NCBI GenBank assembly: GCA_964355025.1
Contig: CAYHCW010000001.1
Location: forward strand, 8,488 to 72,487
Direction: 5' to 3'
Origin: an uncultured Gemmatimonas sp.
Lineage (GTDB): Bacteria > Gemmatimonadota > Gemmatimonadetes > Gemmatimonadales > Gemmatimonadaceae
Length of the DNA stretch: 64,000 nt
A program made the position numbers and the translations under genes. Shown here in pieces: positions 9,272 to 16,885 of the stretch. The notes below the pieces were generated by a model. The model saw nothing but the letters and a program-made list of their open reading frames with translations, searched no databases and was not told the DNA's origin. The stretch's first letter is position 1, and the number at the start of each line of letters is the position of its first letter.

Positions 9272-10914
9272 CAGGCCACCGCCAGCGTCGGAATGGGCAC
9301 GACGACGTTGAAGCGCGGACCCGAGCGCGGGCGAAGGCCCACGTCGACCGCGAAGGCGTCGCCGTCCTCGTGCACGGACAGCGCGTCCACGCGCAGAATG
9401 CGCGGGTCGCGAAGCGACTGCGCTCGCACGGCGCCGGCGAGGGTTCCCGCCGTGCCCGAGGTCGCCACCTCGCCGGGGCCCGGCGTGATGCCGTAGGCAC
9501 CGAACACGCCGTGCTCGCCTTGGATGGTCGTCAGCCGAAGACGCATCGCCTGCTCGATGAGCGGGCGGCCCGAGACGACGGCGAGCTGCTGCGGGTCGTC
9601 GCCGACGGCGGGGATGTCGCCGGCCGGCGAGAGCACGAAGTCGGTGCCGTAGATGTCGGAGTACGGCACGTCGCCCGACGCGTCGGCCACGAGCGCGAGG
9701 CCGCGGTCGTCGGGCACGACGAGCACGATACCGGGGCGCAGTGGCGAGCCGTCGCCGAGCGTCCAGAAGTCGCTCATGCCGTTGAGCGTCGCAATCTCAG
9801 TCGCCGTCGTCGGGTCGCCCGTCGACTTCGCCGCGATGGATTGCAGCGTGTCCCCGGGCCGCACCGTGTAGGTCGTGCAGACCTGACGCAGCGTCGCCTT
9901 CGTGGATGGCGATGCCGGCGCGGGCGGCGACGCCGCGGGCGCCAGCGCGGCGGCGATGCGGTGTTGCCCCAGAACGAGGTCGGCGGCGTAGCGCATCGAA
10001 TCGAGGTAGGCGCGCACGCGAAAGTACGTCTCGCGGGCGGCAGCGGGCCGGTCGACGAAGGGGATGAGCATGTAGGCGCCGAAGACGGCGGCCGATGCGT
10101 TGCCGATGGTGGCGATGACGGCGTGCATGACGTCCACGGGCACGCGCTCGGCCTGGTCAATGGCCGCCTCCACGCCGAGCACGGAGCGGACCACGCGGTC
10201 GACGGCGAAGACGGGCGCCAGAAGGGCGACCTCGGCGGCCGTGGCGGCGACCGCGACCGTCGTCGCGAAGCCGTCGAGGAACGCCACGGCTGCGTCGAGC
10301 CACGATTGCTCGGCCTCGATGCGTTCCTTGGCCGCAGGCTCCTTGACGGCGGGTACGGCGAGGTGCCGCGCCAGCCCGTAGCCACGGAAGGTCAGCGCGT
10401 AGCGCCACGAGAAGCGCGTCGTCTGCGCGTCGCGGTCGAACTCGGGACGCATCGGCTCGACGTAGAGCTCGTCACCCTCGGCGACGGCGCGGAGCACGAG
10501 CCGCACCTCGCGCTTGCGCCGGCCGCGCTGGGCGTCCTCGTAGTAGGACGTGAGGAACTCGCGGAGGTCGTCGATGAAGGCCGGGCCGGGCTGCGTCACG
10601 ATGGACTTGCCCGTGCGGTCGCGCCCCGTGACGGGGCCGACGCCGGTGCGACCGGACAACGCGACCATCGTCTGCCGCACGCCCTGATGGTCGCGGATGG
10701 GCGACTCGCCGAGCGTCCACTCGAAGTCGAGCGCGGGAATCGGCGTCACGCGGTAGGCGGCCACGCGCGGGATGACGAAGCTCCGGTCGTACTTCTCGTC
10801 AATCTCCACGTCGAGGAGGTACAGGCAATCGACGAGCGGAACCGTCAAGCTCCGGTCGGTGAACTTCGTCGACGGGGCGTTGGCTACGTGGTCGCTGGGC
10901 GCGAGGTTCGGCAA
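9271..10914 (-). CDS. LysM-containing baseplate protein with C-terminal gp25/GPW-like domain
   Basis: LysM motif YTVRPGDTLQSIAAKS..IATLNG..LRPGIVLVVP (about 9740-9880). The C-terminus LIEQAMRLRLTTIQGEHGVFGAYG..LRDPRI fits gp25/W wedge proteins. The TTG start at 10914 is uncertain. Confidence 0.55.
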   Translation of the reverse strand: MPNLAPSDHVANAPSTKFTDRSLTVPLVDCLYLLDVEIDEKYDRSFVIPRVAAYRVTPIPALDFEWTLGESPIRDHQGVRQTMVALSGRTGVGPVTGRDRTGKSIVTQPGPAFIDDLREFLTSYYEDAQRGRRKREVRLVLRAVAEGDELYVEPMRPEFDRDAQTTRFSWRYALTFRGYGLARHLAVPAVKEPAAKERIEAEQSWLDAAVAFLDGFATTVAVAATAAEVALLAPVFAVDRVVRSVLGVEAAIDQAERVPVDVMHAVIATIGNASAAVFGAYMLIPFVDRPAAARETYFRVRAYLDSMRYAADLVLGQHRIAAALAPAASPPAPASPSTKATLRQVCTTYTVRPGDTLQSIAAKSTGDPTTATEIATLNGMSDFWTLGDGSPLRPGIVLVVPDDRGLALVADASGDVPYSDIYGTDFVLSPAGDIPAVGDDPQQLAVVSGRPLIEQAMRLRLTTIQGEHGVFGAYGITPGPGEVATSGTAGTLAGAVRAQSLRDPRILRVDALSVHEDGDAFAVDVGLRPRSGPRFNVVVPIPTLAVA

Positions 10915-10966
10915 GGCGTGGCGAGTGTACCGCTAGCCGCTGTCTTTCGACAAGCCTCCTGTGGAG

Positions 10967-11713
10967 TTACTCGCCCTCGGAAGAGAGCTTGAGCACGGCC
11001 GACGCGAGCTTGGCCGTGGACGCCATCGGCATCGGCACGAGCTCGTAGGTGACGAGCGCCGGCGCGGACGGCGGTATCGTCTTCACGAGCGCTTCGAGGG
11101 CGAGGAACTTCGTCTCGAGCTTGAGGCAGTAGGCGAGGAGCGCCTTCGTGAGCACGGCGGCATCGCCCGCCTCGCCCTCGCGGGAGATGCGCTCCACGGC
11201 GCCCTTGCGGAGCTGGTGGCGGATGTTGCCCGCGCCCTCGGTGGGTACGCGGGTCGTGTCGTCGATGAGGTTGCCGTCCTTGTCGATGATGCGCGCGGCG
11301 CCGCCGTAGGTGGTGGCATGGTCCGTCTCGGCCACGTCGGGCGAGGCGTCCTCGGCGCCGTCGCCGGTGTTACGTGCGGGCTGCACGACGCCGGCCGCCG
11401 CGAGGAAGCCGACGCACACGGGCTGGAGGTGCGAGTCGATGAAGAAGAGCACGGCTTGCGCAGCGCCGTTCGGAGTCGCGGAGAGCGCCGTCTGGCCCGC
11501 CCCGTCCGCGCCGACGGGGCGATGCTCGGCGCCGGCGCCGAAGTAGCCGAGGACAGGGACGCCGCGCCATTGGTTCGGCGTGAGCGGCTGAAAGCAGTCG
11601 ATGCGCGCCTGATGGCCCGTCACGTAGTAGCGCGACACCTGGGCGACGACGCCGTTGCGGAGAAGGCCTTTGGTGTGCTTGCCGGTGACCGTGGAGCCGT
11701 CGCGCGGATTCAT
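10967..11713 (-). CDS. Baseplate central spike (gpV-like OB-fold)
   Basis: GVVAQV..ARIDCFQPL..WRGVPVLG and AQAVLFFIDSHLQPVCVGFL fit the gpV/VgrG-type spike pattern. ATGA overlap with the upstream gene. Confidence 0.45.
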   Translation of the reverse strand: MNPRDGSTVTGKHTKGLLRNGVVAQVSRYYVTGHQARIDCFQPLTPNQWRGVPVLGYFGAGAEHRPVGADGAGQTALSATPNGAAQAVLFFIDSHLQPVCVGFLAAAGVVQPARNTGDGAEDASPDVAETDHATTYGGAARIIDKDGNLIDDTTRVPTEGAGNIRHQLRKGAVERISREGEAGDAAVLTKALLAYCLKLETKFLALEALVKTIPPSAPALVTYELVPMPMASTAKLASAVLKLSSEGE

Positions 11714-12000
11714 CGCTCGTCCTCGTCGAAGAGGCCGCGACTAAAGGTGATGTGCGTGCGGCGCTTCACCGTCCCGTCCTCAGCGACCTCGATGACGTGC
11801 TCGTAGCCTTCGATGTAGGCCGTCAGCACGGGGCCGAGCTCGAATCCGTCGGGCATCGTGACCTGCATGATTTCGCCGTGCCGCACGTGCGGCGAGTAGC
11901 GGCACGTGACCGGGCCCGAGTAGAAGCGCTCAGCGTGCCAGAGGAACTGGAACGCCTGCGCCGCCACGGCGTAGAGCATGTCGAGGATGGCGTCGCTCAT
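11710..12000 (-). CDS. Hypothetical small baseplate-region protein
   Basis: ATG 12000 overlaps the upstream stop (ATGA). The ORF-track start at 12009 is a GTG 3 codons upstream. Confidence 0.35.
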   Translation of the reverse strand: MSDAILDMLYAVAAQAFQFLWHAERFYSGPVTCRYSPHVRHGEIMQVTMPDGFELGPVLTAYIEGYEHVIEVAEDGTVKRRTHITFSRGLFDEDER

Positions 12001-14096
12001 GGGGTCCACACGTCGAAGCTGGCGAGCCCGAGGCCCGTCCGGAGGAACTCGACGGCCTGCCGGCCGTCGTTGTGCGCGTCAATCTGGCCGTGCGAGATGA
12101 CGCCGCCGAAGGTGAGCGGCGTCACGCCGTCGGCCGCAGCGGTGTGCAGCTTCGGTGGGTAGTAGACCTCAAGCGGAATGCCGAACGTTTCGTGAAGCTC
12201 GTTGAGGAGCGTCACGAGCGCATCCTTCTGCGCCTGCGTGTAGTCGACCACCCACGACTTACCCGCGTCGGGCGGATGCCCGAGGTTCACGTAGAGGTTG
12301 TAGCTCGCGTTCTGATTCGGGTCGCCCCACGACCACGGCACGACGCGGCCCGACGCTTGCGAGTCGTTGAGGTGCCACGGCCGCACGACGAGGTCGATGC
12401 CGATGGCGACCTCGTTCCATCCGCCGCCCGTGTGCCGCGCGCAGTAGAGCGCCGGGTCGAGGAGCTTGTGCGTCACGCCGTTCTCGTCAATCATGTAGTT
12501 CGTGCTCGCGCGGTCGGGATTGCGCGGGCTGCGCCACCATGAGATGGCGCCGTCCATTGTCCACCCGTCCGTGTCGTGCAGCACGATGGCCGTCGGCGGC
12601 TTCTGGCGTGGCCACGAGACGAGGTCTGACATCGCGCCGGGGTCGTCGGCGTCGCCGAGCTGCCCGAAGAAGGGCCAGTTGACCTCGTAGAGCTTCGCTC
12701 CGAAGCGGGCCACCTCGTGCGCATCGTAGATGGGGAGTCCCGCTTGCCAGAGGTAGCCGAGCGGCGTCCCGGGCGCGAGCGCGAAGTTGCACGTCGCGGC
12801 GTTGTAGTGGTTGTCGAGGCTGCGCCGGTACTCGACGACGGTCCCGTCCGACGCGCGGAGCGCGATGGCGCGGTCGGGGCGCCAGGTGACCTTCTTGAAC
12901 GGCTTGGGTTCGATGGTTTTGAAGCCGAGCGCCTTGAGGCCCTGATTGAGCAGCTTGTCGGCGGCCTCCTCTTGCGTTTCGGTGAGCGGCGCTGCCGCGT
13001 CGGCATCGGGGCGACGGAGCTTGATGGGCTTCGTTCGCCAGGGGCGCATGCGGAAGATGAGCACCGGGAGTCGCTTGCCGAGTTTCTGATAGAGCACGAG
13101 GTTCGGCGGCATGGCCTCGCCGCCTGTGCCGACGTCCTCCATCGAAGCGAACATCTCCACGAGGTTCGGGTCGGCGCCGAAGGTGCCGTTGAGGATGTCG
13201 AGCGCCGAGACGCCCTGCGCTCCGGTGAGCGATTGAATGTCGGGGAGACGGTTACCCGGCACCTCGTCGGCCTCGCGCCCCGGCGCCCCGACGCGCTCGC
13301 GCTTGCCGGGGCCGGACAACGCCGCTGCCGTCGGCGCGTCAAAGATAATGCCGACGGTGTTCGCGAGGTAAGTGTCGACGAGGTACACGTGCACCTGGCC
13401 GTCGAGCACGTTGGGCGGGGGCGTCTCACCGAGCGCGATGGGTTGCTTGAACACGGTGATGTCGCCGACGTTGACGCGCTCCACGGGCGCCACCGACGGC
13501 GGCGCCACGTCCGAGGCCGACCACGTGGGCGTGCGCCAGAGCTCCGTGAAGCGCCCTCCGAGCGACGGCGGCATCGGCACGTAGGCGACGGCGCGGAAGA
13601 TGGCCTCCAGCGCGCGGCCGACGTGCCCATCGAAGCGGTCAATCGCAGTGACGAGCGCCCACCGCTGGTCCATCGAGTAGATGGTGCCCACCGAGGTCGA
13701 GGGGTCATGCGTCACGTAGAGGAGCGCTCGGTGCAGCGCCGCGAGCCAGCTCTCGGCGTGCACGGCGATGTCCCCCTGTACGATGGCGGCGTCGTCGGGA
13801 CGCACTGAGACGCGCCCGGCGTCGTCGGCGACGTGCCCGAAGGCCATCGCGGGCCCGTTCGGGTCGACGCCGTCGCGGATGACGACCCAGTCCCCTGGCC
13901 TCGGATGCGCCGCGCGTGACAGCTTGTTCGGTTTGAGCGCGAGCATGATGCCGCCCCACGGTGGCGCGACGGCCTCGCCCCACGACACGCGACGAACGGC
14001 GTGGGCGACGTTGTGGACGATGGGCTTGTCCGGGTCGCGGTAGTCGCGCCGGTGGAGCTCCACGCGGATGCCGATGACCGTTCCGTCGTCGCTCAC
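11997..14096 (-). CDS. Tail hub/tail-associated lysin with amidase_2 domain
   Basis: 699 aa immediately after the tape measure (GTGA overlap). The C-terminal region IVLHDTDGWT..WWRS..STNYMIDENG..CARHTGGGWNEVAIGIDL..YTQAQKDALVTLL..ISHGQID matches the PGRP/amidase_2 motif order. Confidence 0.55.
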   Translation of the reverse strand: MSDDGTVIGIRVELHRRDYRDPDKPIVHNVAHAVRRVSWGEAVAPPWGGIMLALKPNKLSRAAHPRPGDWVVIRDGVDPNGPAMAFGHVADDAGRVSVRPDDAAIVQGDIAVHAESWLAALHRALLYVTHDPSTSVGTIYSMDQRWALVTAIDRFDGHVGRALEAIFRAVAYVPMPPSLGGRFTELWRTPTWSASDVAPPSVAPVERVNVGDITVFKQPIALGETPPPNVLDGQVHVYLVDTYLANTVGIIFDAPTAAALSGPGKRERVGAPGREADEVPGNRLPDIQSLTGAQGVSALDILNGTFGADPNLVEMFASMEDVGTGGEAMPPNLVLYQKLGKRLPVLIFRMRPWRTKPIKLRRPDADAAAPLTETQEEAADKLLNQGLKALGFKTIEPKPFKKVTWRPDRAIALRASDGTVVEYRRSLDNHYNAATCNFALAPGTPLGYLWQAGLPIYDAHEVARFGAKLYEVNWPFFGQLGDADDPGAMSDLVSWPRQKPPTAIVLHDTDGWTMDGAISWWRSPRNPDRASTNYMIDENGVTHKLLDPALYCARHTGGGWNEVAIGIDLVVRPWHLNDSQASGRVVPWSWGDPNQNASYNLYVNLGHPPDAGKSWVVDYTQAQKDALVTLLNELHETFGIPLEVYYPPKLHTAAADGVTPLTFGGVISHGQIDAHNDGRQAVEFLRTGLGLASFDVWTP

Positions 14097-15739
14097 CGGA
14101 GCGACCCGTAGAGCTTGTCCAGCCCGTCGCGCATGATGCCGTTGCCCTTCTGTAGCTCGCCGATGAGCGACTTGCCGAGCTTGTCGAGCGCCATGATGAG
14201 CGGCGCGTTCTCGCCTTCCTTGGTGGTCCGCTCGGCGTCGCTGACGGTGCGCGTCTGCATGGCGCCGAAGGACGGGCCGCCGAGCCCAGCGCCGAGCGCG
14301 CCCGCCTCGCCCGTCCGAAGCGCCGGCGCGACGGACATGAGCATCATCGACAGGGCGTCGCCCTTGAGCCCGGTGCCCTGCAACGCATCAACCGTCGCCA
14401 TGGGGCCCTGTTCGGCCATCCCTTCGAGCTCGCGAAGCCCGCCCATCATCGACCCGCCGCGCTTGAGCGCGCGGGCGAGCACAGCGGCTTGGCCGACTTG
14501 CCGGAACGGCGAGAGAAGTTGGTCGCGAGCGCCGCCGAGCGGCTGCATGAGCTGCGAGGCGACCTCGGGGCCGCGAAGCCCCATGTTCTGCATGCCCGGG
14601 GTGCCCGCCATGCGTCCGAGGAACATCTCGACGTTGCCGACGTTCGGCGCAAGGCCCTGCATCGCCATGCGCTCGGTATTGCTGGCGATGGCACTGAGGT
14701 AGCGGTCGAGGTTCGCGCCGCGGAGGCCCTCGGCCATCGCGAGCCCAAGGGCGCGTCCCGTGTCGCCGCGTCCACCGGGGCGAGCGAAGGCCGCCTGGCC
14801 CTCGTAGCCGCCGATGGCGCCACCGCTCGCGCCCGTCGACAGGAGCGCCATCGCCCGCTGCGCGTTCATGCGGCTGCCGGCGAAGCCCGCGCCGTGCGTG
14901 ATTTGAGCGTAGCCGCCGACGGCCTCGTCAAGGCTCATGCCGCGCTCGGCGGCTTGCTGCGCGAGGCCTCGGATGTCGCCCATACCGCTGCCGGTCGTGC
15001 CGCCCGCGAGGTTGGCGGTGAGGAGCTGCCGTTGCAGGCCCGCGAAGTGCTGGCCCTGTGCGACGGCGCTCTCACGCGCCTTCGCTCGCCGCTCCGAGGG
15101 CGCCGCCAGCGCGTTACCGAGGCTTCCGCCGATGAACGGAATCCAACCGACCGAGGACCGGATACCGAGCGCGTCCATCCGCTCTTGCGAGCCCGCGCCC
15201 GTCTCCGTCTCCAGCGCCGAGCGCTGCGCGTAGTAGTTGAGGCCCGTGTTGACGACGTTCGCGGCCGTCTGCGCCTTCATGTAGGTCTTGAAGGTGCGCA
15301 TGAGGTCGAACGGCGGCGGCTGCCCCGGTGCGGGCCCGGGTCCACCGCCCGGTGGCGGCGGTGATGGCGGGGTGGGCCGACCCATGCCCGGCGACCACGG
15401 CGGGGGCGCGTTCGGGCTCCCTGCGGGCCACGCGGCGCCCGGAGCGTGCGGCGAGAAGGGCGATGGATGCTGCGACGGCGCGGCGGGAGCGCCCGGCGCC
15501 GACGGTCGGCCAGGGGCCGCTGGCGCGGGTCCGTGCGGCAGCGCTGGCGCGGGGTGGCCTGCGGGAACGGCGCGGCCGCCTGGAATGGGACCTGCCGCGC
15601 CGCCATGCCCGCCGATGCTGATGCCGCCCGCGAGCGCTTCGATGCGCTCGAGCAGCGCCATGAGCGCGCGGCCCCGCTGCTCCGCGTGGAGCGTCTCCAT
15701 GGTGAGGTCGATGGAGACGGTGTGCTTGACGTTACCCAT
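14093..15739 (-). CDS. Tape measure protein (short, with Pro-rich N-terminal segment)
   Basis: Position between chaperone and hub. Gly/Ala/Met-rich repetitive body. ATG 15739 overlaps the stop of the +1-frame ORF (ATGGGTAA). Confidence 0.55.
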   Translation of the reverse strand: MGNVKHTVSIDLTMETLHAEQRGRALMALLERIEALAGGISIGGHGGAAGPIPGGRAVPAGHPAPALPHGPAPAAPGRPSAPGAPAAPSQHPSPFSPHAPGAAWPAGSPNAPPPWSPGMGRPTPPSPPPPGGGPGPAPGQPPPFDLMRTFKTYMKAQTAANVVNTGLNYYAQRSALETETGAGSQERMDALGIRSSVGWIPFIGGSLGNALAAPSERRAKARESAVAQGQHFAGLQRQLLTANLAGGTTGSGMGDIRGLAQQAAERGMSLDEAVGGYAQITHGAGFAGSRMNAQRAMALLSTGASGGAIGGYEGQAAFARPGGRGDTGRALGLAMAEGLRGANLDRYLSAIASNTERMAMQGLAPNVGNVEMFLGRMAGTPGMQNMGLRGPEVASQLMQPLGGARDQLLSPFRQVGQAAVLARALKRGGSMMGGLRELEGMAEQGPMATVDALQGTGLKGDALSMMLMSVAPALRTGEAGALGAGLGGPSFGAMQTRTVSDAERTTKEGENAPLIMALDKLGKSLIGELQKGNGIMRDGLDKLYGSLR

Positions 15740-15962
15740 CGCCGTCCTCGTCCGCCGCGCACTCCGCGAGCCACTCGTCAAGCCACGGATCGCCGCTCTT
15801 GCCGGTCCGGACCGCTTCCGCGGCCGCTCGCCGCTTCCACTCCTCGTCGGCGAGGCTCAATAGGCCGTACTCGACGATGTCGAGCGGCGTCAGCGTCGTC
15901 GCAAGGTCGAGCGAGCGGTCGCTACCCGCGGGCAGGAGCTGCGCCGGCACGAGTCGCCGCAA
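15732..15962 (-). CDS. ORF in +1 frame relative to the chaperone gene; candidate frameshift extension (gpGT-like)
   Basis: It overlaps the 3' end of 15922..16437. The product looks protein-like (..LDIVEYGLLSLADEEWKRRAAAEAV..DEWLAECAADEDGDG). Its stop overlaps the tape-measure start. The listed start is TTG with no clear RBS. Confidence 0.35.
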   Translation of the reverse strand: MRRLVPAQLLPAGSDRSLDLATTLTPLDIVEYGLLSLADEEWKRRAAAEAVRTGKSGDPWLDEWLAECAADEDGDG

Positions 15963-16437
15963 GAGCAGCGACCACTCGGGGCGTGAACGTGTCCGCCGTA
16001 CCCGGTGGAAGGTATCGGCGGCGAAACCTGCCCTCGTGGTCGACGAGTACCTCCTCGACGGTGTGCAAGAGGAAGTCGTCGGCTTCGATGGCGGCGATGA
16101 AGGAATCGGGGAGCTTCGCGAACTCCTTGACCTGGAACATGAGCCGGCCGATGGCCCGCCAGCGGGCGAAGCGGTCGCCCGGGATGCTCTGCGCGGGACG
16201 CCCCGCGCAGCGGTCGGCGATGTAGAGCGCCACCGCGTCGTGCCCCTGCGACCGCATGACGACCGAGGTGAACTGCACGACCTTGACCTCGCCCGTGTCG
16301 ATGTCGCGGTAGGTCGCTTCGATGGGGAGCTCGCGCGGCACGTCCTCGGTCGGCAGCTCGCCCCGCGGCGCGAGCGAGTCCTCGACGACGGCGCGCTGCG
16401 CGCGGAGGTCCAGGGTCGGTGATGCGGCAGCGCTCAC
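15922..16437 (-). CDS. Tail assembly chaperone (gpG-like position)
   Basis: 171-aa ORF between tube and tape measure. GTG start with GAGG upstream. The last ~30 codons have poor G/C at third positions. Confidence 0.45.
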   Translation of the reverse strand: MSAAASPTLDLRAQRAVVEDSLAPRGELPTEDVPRELPIEATYRDIDTGEVKVVQFTSVVMRSQGHDAVALYIADRCAGRPAQSIPGDRFARWRAIGRLMFQVKEFAKLPDSFIAAIEADDFLLHTVEEVLVDHEGRFRRRYLPPGTADTFTPRVVAALAATRAGAAPARG

Positions 16438-16440
16438 GGG

Positions 16441-16875
16441 CTACGCCTCAGCGTCCATGAACATCTCCGTGCCCTCCCACGAGCCCGAGTAGGTGATGAG
16501 CCCCTTGCCCGGCGAGTCGAAGTCTTCCTGTTGCGGCTTGAGCCCCACGATGCGCGCGATGAGGGCGTCGCCCACCTCGTCGTAGACGAGCGCGGTCATC
16601 GCGGGCCACGTGACGCACGCCTTCGTGTCCTTCGCGGGCGGCGTGATGCCGAGCGTCCGGAGGCTCTTGAGCCGGAGGTACACCGTCGAGCACGAGAGAT
16701 TCACGGTGTAGCCGATGGGCTCGATTTCGTAGGAGGCCATCTTGCCGTGGGCGTCCACGCGCGCGTTCTGCCACTGCCGCGACCATCGGATGTTCGTCGA
16801 ACGCGAGACCGTGATGCCCTCGATGGAAAGCTCCATCCGGGCACCGGACATGACCTGGTCGGCTCCCTCAGCCAT
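16441..16875 (-). CDS. Tail tube protein
   Basis: 144 aa directly downstream of the sheath gene, with an AGGAGG RBS. Size and position are typical of contractile-tail tube proteins. Confidence 0.5.
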   Translation of the reverse strand: MAEGADQVMSGARMELSIEGITVSRSTNIRWSRQWQNARVDAHGKMASYEIEPIGYTVNLSCSTVYLRLKSLRTLGITPPAKDTKACVTWPAMTALVYDEVGDALIARIVGLKPQQEDFDSPGKGLITYSGSWEGTEMFMDAEA

Positions 16876-16885
16876 CGGAGACCTC

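Noticed and set aside
9370-10992. 540-aa plus-strand ORF.
   Set aside because: It is antisense to the LysM-gp25 gene. The translation is junk.
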